A stretch of 49,330 bases of DNA from an uncultured archaeon (GTDB lineage: Archaea > Altiarchaeota > Altiarchaeia > IMC4 > QMZM01). Position numbers and translations under genes: made by a program. Position 1 is the first letter of the stretch, and the number at the start of each line of letters is the position of its first letter. Below the pieces are notes generated by a model that was not told where the DNA came from, made no database searches, and saw nothing but the letters and a program-made list of their open reading frames with translations. Shown here in pieces: positions 28,372 to 37,654 of this stretch. The stretch spans positions 1-49,330 of the forward strand of contig CAZQER010000001.1 in the NCBI GenBank assembly GCA_964592095.1, given 5' to 3'.

Positions 28372-29049
28372 ATGAAAAGGCCATTTATTTTTATAAATAC
28401 TGCAATGACGGCAGATGGGAAGATATCAACAATAGAAAGAAAACAGATTAGAATATCAAATGAGAAGGATATGGAAAGGGTTGATAAACTAAGATCTGAA
28501 TCAGATGCTGTTCTTGTTGGAATGAATACTGTTATTGTTGACGACCCAAAACTTACGATAAAATCGGAAAAACTAAGAAGAGAAAGGATAAAGAGGGGTT
28601 TAGCAGAAAATCCGATCAAGGTTACGATAGGTAAACTTGATAATCTAAGTATGGATTCAGATTTCATGAGTTATGGAAATGCAGAAAAGATTATTTTTGC
28701 ATCAAGTGATTCAGATCCATATAAAATTGAGGAGATTGGAAACGCGGCAAAGATATTCCTTAGTGATGATAAGGATATTAATTTAAGGTATGTTGTTGAA
28801 ACACTTTATATACTTGGTGTAAAGAAATTGATGATTGAAGGTGGTTCATCAACAAATTATAGGTTTCTTAAAGAGGGTCTGGTTGATGAAATCTACATTA
28901 CAATAGCGCCAAAGATCTTTGGTGGAAAAACTGCCCCGACATTGGTTGATGGTAGGGGGTTTAAAGAGAATGAGGAAATTAATTTGAAGCTTATATCAGT
29001 AGATAGACTAAGTGATAATATACTTCTTAGATATAAAGTTATAAAATAA
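28372..29049 (+). CDS. arfC: 2,5-diamino-6-(ribosylamino)-4(3H)-pyrimidinone 5'-phosphate reductase (archaeal RibD C-terminal type)
   Basis: MKRPFIFINTAMTADGKIST, DDPKLT and MIEGGSSTN. ATG 28372 is preceded by AAGGGGTGA. Confidence 0.82.
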   Translation: MKRPFIFINTAMTADGKISTIERKQIRISNEKDMERVDKLRSESDAVLVGMNTVIVDDPKLTIKSEKLRRERIKRGLAENPIKVTIGKLDNLSMDSDFMSYGNAEKIIFASSDSDPYKIEEIGNAAKIFLSDDKDINLRYVVETLYILGVKKLMIEGGSSTNYRFLKEGLVDEIYITIAPKIFGGKTAPTLVDGRGFKENEEINLKLISVDRLSDNILLRYKVIK

Positions 29050-29115
29050 TCAGAAGGGGATAAATATGTATCTGATAAATAAAATATAAATTATCCAATA
29101 ACAAATAAGATAAAA

Positions 29116-31320
29116 ATGGCTAAGATATATTCGCCTACAACAAGAAGTACCAATCCGAAAAGATTGTTAAAATTGCTTCTCCATACGGGAAAACTAAAGG
29201 CAAGTATTGTTGCAACAACATTATCAGTTGATAGAAAAACACTTGATAGTTGGATATCTGAGTTTCGGGGTATGAATCTCATTAAGGTCAGCGGTAGTAA
29301 AGATGACCCTGAATTAGAGATCACAAAAGAATTTCTTGAAAAGATAAAATATCTCCAGAAAAGAAGAAGTGAAAGAACAAAAATTATTAGAGAGGCAAAG
29401 GAGGAACTAAGGAGAAAATCAGAGGCTCTTAAGAAAGAACATGAAGGGAAGTTGAAGTTAGAAAAGAAACTGAGGGAAAGCTTGGACGACCTAAAAAAAC
29501 TTGAGGATAAGTTATTGAAGGAGAGAGAAGAACATCGTAGATTAGAGGAAGAACTCAGGAGGGAAAGGGAGGAAAAGTCAAGAGAACTTCGGGAATTGAA
29601 GAAAAAACTTGAGGAGGAGTATATAAAAAGAAGGAACCTGCAGGAAGAGATTGATAGAGGGAAGAGAGAACTCTCCGAAGTAGAGAGGAAAATAGCCACT
29701 GAAGTTACTGAAGAAAAGAAAGGGGAATTGCAGGAATTGAAAAAACAACTTGAAGAGAGATATATAAAAAATACAGATCTTGAGAAGAAATTACGAAAAA
29801 GAGAGGAGGAATTGAAGAAGAAGGAGGCGAAACTTAGAGCAGAGGAGGAAAGACTTATAGCAAAACAGGCGGAGATTCTTGAAAGGGAGGATTGGGGAAA
29901 GGATGAGCTTCAGGAGAAGCATAGACAAGTAATTGAAATGGAGAGGGAACTCAGAGAGAGGGAACAGAGGTTGAAGGAAAGGGAAAGGGAGATTAAGGAA
30001 AGGGAGAAGGAATTGATGGAGGAAAGAGAGGAGATGGAACTCTTCTTTGGTGATGAGTTAGAATTGAAGGCAATGAAAGATGAACTGAAAAAAAGAGAGG
30101 AAGAGTTAAAAAAGGAGGAAGCAGAAATACAGAAATTTGTGGATGAGCTCATAGAAAGGCGTGAGAGAATTCTTGTGGAAGAGGAAAGGTTGAAAGAGCA
30201 TGCAGAAAAGATACAGGGGATGGAAAAAAGCATGAAGGAAAGAGAGGAGAAGATAGAAAAGAGGAGGAAGGAATTGCTTGATATTGAAAGAAAACTTCAG
30301 GAGAAGCATAGAGAGATAACTGAAATGGAAAATGAGATTAAAGATAGAGAGATAAGATTGAAGGAGAAGGAGGCTGAAATAGAAAAGAGAAAGAAGGAAT
30401 TACTATCTACTGAGGGAGAATTACAGAGAAGGAGCAAGGAATTGATTGAAAAAGAGCAAGAGATGAATGAAAGGGAAAAGAATCTGTCAAAAATGGTGGA
30501 TAACATAGAGGAGAGGGAAGAGGAACTTCGGAAAAAGGAACTGGAAATAAAAGACAGGGAGAAAGAAATAAAAAATGATGAAAAGAGATTATCTGCTCTT
30601 GAGGACAGAATAATTAAGAGTGATTTGGAGTTGGATGCAAGAGAGAATGAGATAAGCAGAAGAGAGGGTGAACTTGCAGGGAGAGAGGAGAGCATTCGAA
30701 TGAGAGAAAAAGAATTGAAGAGTCTTGAGAATGAACTAAGGATGAGGGAGAAAAAGCTGAAGGAGATTGAAGAGAGATTGAACGAGGAGAAGAAAAGGTT
30801 TGCTGAGGCTCAGAAAAGGATAGATGAAAGGGACATATATCTCAGAAAAAAGGCTGAGGAAATAGAAGAACTATTTAGAAAATGGAAAATTAAAAAAATA
30901 TCTGCAGAACCTTTGATAAAAGAGAGTACAATAGAGAAACCAAGAGAGGAAAAAGAAGAGGGAGTGTCAATAAAGGGGAAAGTAATGTTAGAGAAACCGG
31001 AAGAAAAGAAGGTATCGGTATCTCCGGAGAATGAAGAAAATATAAATAGATTGATGGATCTGGTTATAAGAAACAAGGTATTGGATGGAAAAAAGGCAAC
31101 GAAGTTCTTAGGAGCGTCGGAAAAAGAAATTGAGGAATGGGCTCTACAACTTGAGAGGAGGGGCATTGTAAAAATACATTCTAAATTCTTTGGTGGTTTT
31201 GATATTGTGCTAACGCCAGATGCCCTCAAAAGGTTGAAAAAGGAGGAGGAAAGAAAAAAGATAGCATTGGTGAAGGAAGAACTTGCGAGAATAAGAAGAG
31301 AGGCAGGTATGAAGGAATGA
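29116..31320 (+). CDS. 734-aa coiled-coil protein with winged-helix-like domains at both termini; function unknown
   Basis: aa 1-75 (KLKASIVATTLSVDRKTLDSWISEFRGMNLIKV) and aa 655-715 (GKKATKFLGASEKEIEEWALQLERRGIVKI) look like wHTH. About 560 aa of E/K/R/L heptad-rich sequence lies between them. No TM and no Walker motifs. Confidence 0.7.
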   Translation: MAKIYSPTTRSTNPKRLLKLLLHTGKLKASIVATTLSVDRKTLDSWISEFRGMNLIKVSGSKDDPELEITKEFLEKIKYLQKRRSERTKIIREAKEELRRKSEALKKEHEGKLKLEKKLRESLDDLKKLEDKLLKEREEHRRLEEELRREREEKSRELRELKKKLEEEYIKRRNLQEEIDRGKRELSEVERKIATEVTEEKKGELQELKKQLEERYIKNTDLEKKLRKREEELKKKEAKLRAEEERLIAKQAEILEREDWGKDELQEKHRQVIEMERELREREQRLKEREREIKEREKELMEEREEMELFFGDELELKAMKDELKKREEELKKEEAEIQKFVDELIERRERILVEEERLKEHAEKIQGMEKSMKEREEKIEKRRKELLDIERKLQEKHREITEMENEIKDREIRLKEKEAEIEKRKKELLSTEGELQRRSKELIEKEQEMNEREKNLSKMVDNIEEREEELRKKELEIKDREKEIKNDEKRLSALEDRIIKSDLELDARENEISRREGELAGREESIRMREKELKSLENELRMREKKLKEIEERLNEEKKRFAEAQKRIDERDIYLRKKAEEIEELFRKWKIKKISAEPLIKESTIEKPREEKEEGVSIKGKVMLEKPEEKKVSVSPENEENINRLMDLVIRNKVLDGKKATKFLGASEKEIEEWALQLERRGIVKIHSKFFGGFDIVLTPDALKRLKKEEERKKIALVKEELARIRREAGMKE
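29908..30402 (+). repeat. intragenic duplication inside the coiled-coil gene (homologous segments offset by 387 nt)
   Basis: CTTCAGGAGAAGCATAGA occurs at 29908 and at 30295, each followed by similar sequence (LQEKHRQVIEMERELREREQRLKEREREIKEREKEL versus LQEKHREITEMENEIKDREIRLKEKEAEIEKRKKEL). Confidence 0.7.
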
Positions 31321-31333
31321 TAAATGTCTGAAA

Positions 31334-32632
31334 ATGTCTGAGGGAGTTCTATTTCTTAAATCAGGAAGATGTGCATGGGGTAAATGTCTTTTTTGCGGTT
31401 ATGGCAAGATTCAGGAGAAAGTTATCTCCAAAAACGAATTTAAAAGATATCTGCATAAATTTTTTAATTCGATTAAAAATATAAATCATATAGACCATAT
31501 AAAAGTATTTAGTTCTGGTAGTTTTTTGGATGAAAGACAATTACCTCGTGAATTGAGAAAATATTTTATAAGCGAGTGTCTGAATAGGGGTATCAAAAAG
31601 GTAACGATAGAATCCCGTCCGGAATTTGTAACAGAAGAATCTATTGATGATTTTGACAATCTTGATTTAGAAATTGCTATAGGTTTGGAGATTGCAGATA
31701 ACAATGTTCTAAAAAAGATTAATAAGGGGTTTTATTTAAGGGATTTTGAAAGAGCAGCCTCTTTGATACATGCAAAGGGTGCAGGTGTAAGAACATATCT
31801 CTTGGTAAATCTACCGTTTATTGAGAATATGGAAAATAGCCTAAATACTTCTGTTGAATATGCCCTAAAATTTTCTGATTCCGTAGTTCTTATAAATCTG
31901 TTACCTCATAGCAACAGTGATTTATTCAAATTGTGGATAAGGGGGGAATGGAATTTTTTGAGCAGGGATGAATTTTATAGAGTAACGAAGAGATTTGCCT
32001 CAAATCCAAAGATAGAACTGGATGTAGAAACATTTCGTTTTGTTCCGAAATTTCCAGACGAATTAAAGGAAAATCTCTCTGGAGTTGGTGAAAGATATTT
32101 GACCCATTCACATTTTGAGGTTTGGCAGGATTACCTTATAAGATGGTATACTCCTCCCGCTGGTAAAAAGTTCCTCCTCTTTCTTCCATGTTCATATAAA
32201 AAACCATATTCAAAATCTGAGACACATAAGAGAATTATAAGTAAATTGAAGAATCTTAAGAATTACAATAAAATTCATGAGATTATGATTTCAAATGCGG
32301 GGGTGGTTCCAAGAGAATTTGAAAATTATTATCCATTCAACAGCTATGACTGGGATGAGAAAAAGGAGACTGAGGAGATAAAGATGAGATACATAGATGT
32401 AACAAAAAATAGAATCAAAAAATATATTCGGAGGCATATAAAGAATTATTTGAAAACTTTCTGTTTTCTTAAATATGATTCTGAAAGTTTTATTGCATTA
32501 AAAAGGGCATATGATGAATTGGGTATGGAATGTAGAAATCTACTTATCAGGGATATCAATGAACCAAAACCTCTGCAGACAGATAAGGCACTGAATGAAC
32601 TTTATAGAGGGCTCAAAAATGAAATTGGTTAG
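31334..32632 (+). CDS. RaSEA-type radical-SAM domain fused to an ArcS-core (DUF5591-like) domain; putative archaeosine biosynthesis protein
   Basis: GRCAWGKCLFCGYG Cys triad (nt 31370-31396). PCSYKKPYSKSETH (nt 32186-32227) equals PC-x3-KPY-x2-S-x2-H. Confidence 0.65.
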   Translation: MSEGVLFLKSGRCAWGKCLFCGYGKIQEKVISKNEFKRYLHKFFNSIKNINHIDHIKVFSSGSFLDERQLPRELRKYFISECLNRGIKKVTIESRPEFVTEESIDDFDNLDLEIAIGLEIADNNVLKKINKGFYLRDFERAASLIHAKGAGVRTYLLVNLPFIENMENSLNTSVEYALKFSDSVVLINLLPHSNSDLFKLWIRGEWNFLSRDEFYRVTKRFASNPKIELDVETFRFVPKFPDELKENLSGVGERYLTHSHFEVWQDYLIRWYTPPAGKKFLLFLPCSYKKPYSKSETHKRIISKLKNLKNYNKIHEIMISNAGVVPREFENYYPFNSYDWDEKKETEEIKMRYIDVTKNRIKKYIRRHIKNYLKTFCFLKYDSESFIALKRAYDELGMECRNLLIRDINEPKPLQTDKALNELYRGLKNEIG

Positions 32633-33374
32633 GTTCATATATAACGGAAGGGAGCATATGGGAGAATTATTAAGAGATAATAGAATAGCAATATTTGAAG
32701 GGAATATATTCAATCACGAAAAAAGGGCCATAGGATACTGTAAAATATCAGAGATTAAATTTTTACCGCCTATAAATCCATCCAAAATTGTATGTATTGG
32801 TTTTAATTACAAAAAACATATGGACGAGATAATAGAAATAGCAACCAAAAAACCAACATTAACCCTAAAATCACAGAATGCAGTAATAGGTCATAATGAC
32901 TTCATTGTACTGCCAAGGGTGTCAGATCGTGTGGAGCATGAGGCGGAACTTGGTATTATAATAAAAAGAGGGGGTTACAGAATAAAAAATCCTGATGAGT
33001 ATATACTGGGGTATACTATCGTAAATGATGTTACAGCCAGAGATATAGAGAAGGACATGGTTCAATGGAGTGCAAGTAAGAGTTTCCCTACATTCTGTCC
33101 TATTGGGCCGTGTATAGAAACAGAACTAAATCCAGAAAATTTATGGATAAGGTGCTGGGTGAATAATAAACTCAGGCAGAAGGACAATACAAGGAATATG
33201 CTATACAACCCGTTTAAATGTGTTGAATTTGTATCAAGATTTATGAAACTCCAGAGAGGTGACTTAATAGCCACTGGAACTGTTCCAGGAGTGGGCATTC
33301 TAAAGAATGGTGATGTAGTTGATATAAAAATTGATGGTATAGGCATCCTAAGAAATATGGTAAAATCGGAGTAA
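32619..33374 (+). CDS. fumarylacetoacetate hydrolase (FAH) family protein
   Basis: MKLVRFIYNGREHMGEL, VEHEAELGIII, NDVTARD and ATGTVPGVG. I prefer the ATG 32619 start. Confidence 0.88.
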   Translation: MKLVRFIYNGREHMGELLRDNRIAIFEGNIFNHEKRAIGYCKISEIKFLPPINPSKIVCIGFNYKKHMDEIIEIATKKPTLTLKSQNAVIGHNDFIVLPRVSDRVEHEAELGIIIKRGGYRIKNPDEYILGYTIVNDVTARDIEKDMVQWSASKSFPTFCPIGPCIETELNPENLWIRCWVNNKLRQKDNTRNMLYNPFKCVEFVSRFMKLQRGDLIATGTVPGVGILKNGDVVDIKIDGIGILRNMVKSE

Positions 33375-33410
33375 GATTTTTATTTTCTATTACTCTAATC
33401 TTTAATTGAG

Positions 33411-34115
33411 ATGATAATAATTCCGGCGGTTGATATAAAGGATGGAAAATGTGTTCAGATGATAGGTGGTAAATTAGGGACTGAGAAGTTCTATGGGGAC
33501 CCAATTGAAATAGCACTCAAATGGCAATCGGATGGAGCCAAACTTATACACATTGTAGATTTAGATGCTGCTATTGGAACTGGAGATAATTCTGAAATAG
33601 TTGGTGAGATATGTAGGAGGGTTGATATACCTGTAGAATTTGGTGGAGGAATAAGGGATATTGACAGGGTAAGAAAACTTATCAATATGGGCATAGATAG
33701 AATCATTTTAGGAACATTTGCAATAGAGGATTATATGAACAATTTCCTGTCAATGAAGAAACTGAAGGATATTTTCGGTAGTGAAAGATTGATGATTGCC
33801 ATAGATTCCAGAGATGGTGAAATTGTGGTCAGTGGATGGCAACATAAAACTGGAATTAAGACTACGGAGTTTGTGGGGGAAGTAGGTGATTTGATTTGGG
33901 GATTTTTGTACACTGATGTTGAGGTAGAAGGCAGAATGGAAGGAATTAATCTGAAAAGGACGAGAGAGGTTGTTGAATCCACAGAACTTCCCGTAATTGT
34001 TTCTGGAGGAGTGTCATCAAAGGAGGACCTGAGAAATCTTGAGGAGATAGGTACGTGGGGTGTTGTGATAGGGAAGGCATTATATGAAGGAAAATTAAGA
34101 TTCCTAAAAGGATAG
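33411..34115 (+). CDS. hisA: ProFAR isomerase HisA
   Basis: MIIIPAVDIKDGKCVQ, HIVDLDAA, GGGIRD, VSGGVSS. Confidence 0.88.
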   Translation: MIIIPAVDIKDGKCVQMIGGKLGTEKFYGDPIEIALKWQSDGAKLIHIVDLDAAIGTGDNSEIVGEICRRVDIPVEFGGGIRDIDRVRKLINMGIDRIILGTFAIEDYMNNFLSMKKLKDIFGSERLMIAIDSRDGEIVVSGWQHKTGIKTTEFVGEVGDLIWGFLYTDVEVEGRMEGINLKRTREVVESTELPVIVSGGVSSKEDLRNLEEIGTWGVVIGKALYEGKLRFLKG

Positions 34116-34919
34116 TAAGGCTATTATAAAACCAGACAGTAAACCAACTGTTATTGGTGGAAGAGCAGGGAGTGCGAGTCCTTTCTTATTGAGGATGTAA
34201 TTCAGGAGTATAATCAGACCGATTAACCCTCCAATTGCCGATATTATGGGATATTCTATTGAATAGTCTCTAAGCATAGAAACGGTAAATACCACGGGTA
34301 GAGCCATATCGCCAGTACCAAGCCCCAGATATCTGTCCCCAACAGGAATGGCAAACATTAATGGGATCTTTCCCCTTGATTCCTCCGCTATCTTAATCAT
34401 ATGTTTTGTTCCAAAAACAGCAATTATGTCATAAAATGAGAGTGCAACTATAAAAATCAATGCGGGTATTAGTGAAAGAGATGCCCCAATTAGAGAACCT
34501 ATTCCTGGAATTACAAATAACAGTACAAGATTTATAATAAATATGTTATCCCTTTTCCAGATAAATATTAATAGTAACGATATTGCCAATAAAAAACCAC
34601 CAACACATCCAAATATGTTACTGAATGTGAAATAAAGTCCAACCATAAATCCCGAGAATATCAAAATTTTTATAATTAAGTCCATTCCGTATTTGAGTAA
34701 TATAAATAAAAATACTGTTGCTATAATTATCATAACGAACAAGTAAACTGCAGAATACGGGTCTCTTGGATTTTCTGTGACTGATTGTATTTCACCCTCG
34801 TCTACCTTCTCCACTATTCCTTTTTTTATTCCATAGCCTCCTGCACTAATCCAGAGTGCAACACCCTGTATAAAGATATAGATAAAAATTGCAATAAAAA
34901 AGGAATTAATGTTTTTCAT
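34104..34919 (-). CDS. presenilin/signal-peptide-peptidase homologue (A22-family intramembrane aspartyl protease)
   Basis: Polytopic membrane protein with FYDIIAVF (YD), LGLGTGDMALP (GxGD) and LPALPP (PAL). Confidence 0.82.
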   Translation of the reverse strand: MKNINSFFIAIFIYIFIQGVALWISAGGYGIKKGIVEKVDEGEIQSVTENPRDPYSAVYLFVMIIIATVFLFILLKYGMDLIIKILIFSGFMVGLYFTFSNIFGCVGGFLLAISLLLIFIWKRDNIFIINLVLLFVIPGIGSLIGASLSLIPALIFIVALSFYDIIAVFGTKHMIKIAEESRGKIPLMFAIPVGDRYLGLGTGDMALPVVFTVSMLRDYSIEYPIISAIGGLIGLIILLNYILNKKGLALPALPPITVGLLSGFIIALLSF

Positions 34920-35013
34920 TTTTCATATAAATCACTAATTATTTTTTTAAGATTGATTCTTATATTTTATATCAATCTATTTAAACCATACCACTTGCTA
35001 CAAAATTTTGTTA

Positions 35014-35086
35014 TTTAGCGGGCTAAAAAATTAACATCCCTTATTTTCCTACCGGAGTTTGCTTTTCAACATTTTTAGCCCCGCCT
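35014..35086. promoter_or_regulatory. GC-containing imperfect inverted repeat in the ino1 upstream region
   Basis: TTTAGCGGGCTAAAAA ... 41 nt ... TTTTTAGCCCCGC, forming a 12-13 bp stem with one bulged base. It lies 55 nt upstream of ATG 35141, and GGAGGTGG lies at 35127-35134. Confidence 0.35.
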
Positions 35087-35140
35087 CAATTATCTGTCAG
35101 TCACCCCAACACCATAAGAGGTATAAGGAGGTGGTATAGA

Positions 35141-36235
35141 ATGGAAAAAATAAAAATAGCAATAATTGGTATCGGAAATTGTGCAAGTTCGTTAATCCAG
35201 GGAATTTATTATTATAAGGATAAAAACCCGGATGATGTAACTGGTTTAATGCATTGGGATATAGGAGGTTATAAACCATACGATATAGAGGTTGTTGCAG
35301 CCATTGATGTAGATAAAAGAAAGGTTGGAAAGGATGTGAGTGAGGCTATTTTTGCAAAACCAAACTGTACAAAGATATTTTGTAGTGATATCCCAAAAAT
35401 GGGGGTTGAGGTGGTTATGGGTAATGTCCTAGATGGTGTTGCACCCCATATGAAGGAATATCCCGAGGATAGAGCATTTGTGATTTCAGATAGTGAGGAG
35501 GCAGATATCGTAGATGTTTTAGAGGATAGTGGGGCTGAGATGGCATTAAATTACCTTCCCGTTGGTTCAGAAAAGGCAACCAGATATTATGTAAATTGCT
35601 GTCTGGAGGCAAATGTTGCACTCATTAATTGTATTCCCGTATTTATTGCCAGCAATGATGAATTTGCAAGAAGATTCAGAGAGAAAAATCTTCCAATAGT
35701 GGGTGATGATATAAAGGCACAAATTGGTGCAACCATAACCCACAGAGCATTGGCAAAGTTATTCACAGACAGGGGTGTTAGATTAGATAGAACATACCAA
35801 TTGAATACTGGTGGAAATACAGATTTTCTTAATATGCTTGCCAGAGAGAGACTTAAATCAAAAAGGATATCAAAAACGGAGGCTGTTCAATCTGTATTGG
35901 ATAGACCATTAGAACATGAGAACATACACATAGGTCCATCGGATTATGTAGCATGGCAAAATGATAACAAAATTTGCTTCTTGAGGATGGAGGGAAGAAT
36001 ATTTGGCGATGTCCCGATGAATTTAGAATTGAGGTTGAGTGTTGAGGATTCACCAAATTCTGCTGGTTGTGCAATAGATGCAATTAGATGCTGTAAACTG
36101 GCATTGGATAGAGAAATTGGTGGTCCATTAATCTCAATTTCTGCATATACAATGAAACACCCCCCACAACAATTCCCGGACGAGAAGGCAAGAGAGATGG
36201 TAGATGAATTTATTGCAGGTAAAAGGGAGAGATAG
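35141..36235 (+). CDS. ino1: myo-inositol-1-phosphate (inositol-3-phosphate) synthase
   Basis: KIAIIGIGNCASSLIQGIYYYKD...GLMHWDIGGY... is collinear with the Mycobacterium/Thermotoga-type Ino1 N-terminus as I recall it. Confidence 0.88.
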   Translation: MEKIKIAIIGIGNCASSLIQGIYYYKDKNPDDVTGLMHWDIGGYKPYDIEVVAAIDVDKRKVGKDVSEAIFAKPNCTKIFCSDIPKMGVEVVMGNVLDGVAPHMKEYPEDRAFVISDSEEADIVDVLEDSGAEMALNYLPVGSEKATRYYVNCCLEANVALINCIPVFIASNDEFARRFREKNLPIVGDDIKAQIGATITHRALAKLFTDRGVRLDRTYQLNTGGNTDFLNMLARERLKSKRISKTEAVQSVLDRPLEHENIHIGPSDYVAWQNDNKICFLRMEGRIFGDVPMNLELRLSVEDSPNSAGCAIDAIRCCKLALDREIGGPLISISAYTMKHPPQQFPDEKAREMVDEFIAGKRER

Positions 36236-36242
36236 GAAGGGA

Positions 36243-37628
36243 ATGAAAGCATTAATAATTGCCGCAGGGAGGGGTAGCAGGCTTAAAGAACTGAGTGGGG
36301 ATGAACCTAAACCATTAATTAGGCTTCTTGGTTTATCCCTGATTGAGAGGGTAATACTAACCTCAAAATTGGCTGGAATCAATGAGTTTTTTATAGTAAT
36401 AGGCTATCTTGGAGATAGAATAAAGGAAAAACTGGGTAATGGAGATAGGTACGGGGTAAAAATAACATATATTAAAAATGAGGAATGGAAAAGGGGTAAT
36501 GGAATCTCGGTTTTTAAAGCCAGAGGGTTTTTTAAGGAGAATTTTATTCTATTGATGGGTGATCATATCTTTGATGCCCGCATTCTAACGGAACTTGTTG
36601 AGTATGGTATGAAAACATCAATTGTCCTGGCTGTAGATAGAAGAAAACCATTATCTTCTGATACGAAGGTTTTTGAGAGGGATGGAAAGATTATTGATAT
36701 AGGGAAAAATATAAAGAATTCAAACTGTATAGATACAGGTATATTGCTCTGCTCACCGAGAATTTTCTCTTATCTTGAAGAGGCAATAAAGGAGGGTAAA
36801 ACAGAACTTGCGGATGGTGTTGCTAAGGCTGCTAAAAATAGGGATGCCGAGATATTTGATATCACACAGATTGATAGCTATGTATCAAAGATGAGAAAAT
36901 ATATAAAACCATGGTGGATAGATGTTGATACGGAGTATGATTTAAAAAAGGCAAGATGGGTTATAATTGAAAATTCAAGCAAGGGCGCATCGGATTTTTT
37001 GGCTCGTTATGTTCACAAACCAATAGAGAATAAACTCGTTAGTTTCATATCCAATTTCGATATTACTCCAAATAAATTAACAATTATTGTAAATATATTT
37101 GCATATATTATAACTGTATTATTCTTTCTTGGTTATTTATTGCCCGCATCAATTCTAACATTTGTTGTAGGGGTGCTTGATGGTGTTGATGGTAAACTGG
37201 CAAGGGTTAAGTTAATGACGAGTAAATTAGGCTCAATAGAGCATTCGTTTGACCTCCTGTTTGAGTTTTCATGGTTTATTGCATTGGCATTGTTTCTATT
37301 TAATTCCACAAATGATGCATTACCATTAATACTATGTATGTTCATAATTTTATTTATATCCTTTTACAGACATGTTTATGACCAGTTCAGAAGGGCGATG
37401 GGTAGAAGTCTGGATGATAGTGGTGATTTTGAAAGGATATTCAGGAGGATTGCGGGTAGAAGAAATCTATACAACATCCCAATATTAATAAGCATCCTAT
37501 TGGGCGTTCCATTGTATTCATTAATATTTATATTGTTTCATTCTGGAATTACAGCAGTTGTATACGCCTCAAGAGCCATAAAACATATGTATGATGCAGA
37601 TAAAATTGCTATTAGTGCTATTAGATAA
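36243..37628 (+). CDS. bifunctional CTP:inositol-1-phosphate cytidylyltransferase / CDP-alcohol phosphatidyltransferase (IPCT/DIPPS-like)
   Basis: N-terminus MKALIIAAGRGSRLKELSGDEPKPL (NTP transferase). C-terminal membrane domain with LDGVDGKLAR-x8-G. The distal acidic residues are shifted (GSIEHSFD). Start is 8 nt after the ino1 stop. Confidence 0.8.
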   Translation: MKALIIAAGRGSRLKELSGDEPKPLIRLLGLSLIERVILTSKLAGINEFFIVIGYLGDRIKEKLGNGDRYGVKITYIKNEEWKRGNGISVFKARGFFKENFILLMGDHIFDARILTELVEYGMKTSIVLAVDRRKPLSSDTKVFERDGKIIDIGKNIKNSNCIDTGILLCSPRIFSYLEEAIKEGKTELADGVAKAAKNRDAEIFDITQIDSYVSKMRKYIKPWWIDVDTEYDLKKARWVIIENSSKGASDFLARYVHKPIENKLVSFISNFDITPNKLTIIVNIFAYIITVLFFLGYLLPASILTFVVGVLDGVDGKLARVKLMTSKLGSIEHSFDLLFEFSWFIALALFLFNSTNDALPLILCMFIILFISFYRHVYDQFRRAMGRSLDDSGDFERIFRRIAGRRNLYNIPILISILLGVPLYSLIFILFHSGITAVVYASRAIKHMYDADKIAISAIR

Positions 37629-37654
37629 ATATGAGATAATAAGATAAAATAAAA

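Noticed and set aside
29091-31229. Several Ser/Leu/Phe-rich minus-strand ORFs (29091-29699, 29910-30233, 30297-30695, 30810-31229)
   Set aside because: They are mirror-image artefacts of the GAA/AAG/AGA-rich coiled-coil gene on the plus strand. They show low complexity and no start context.
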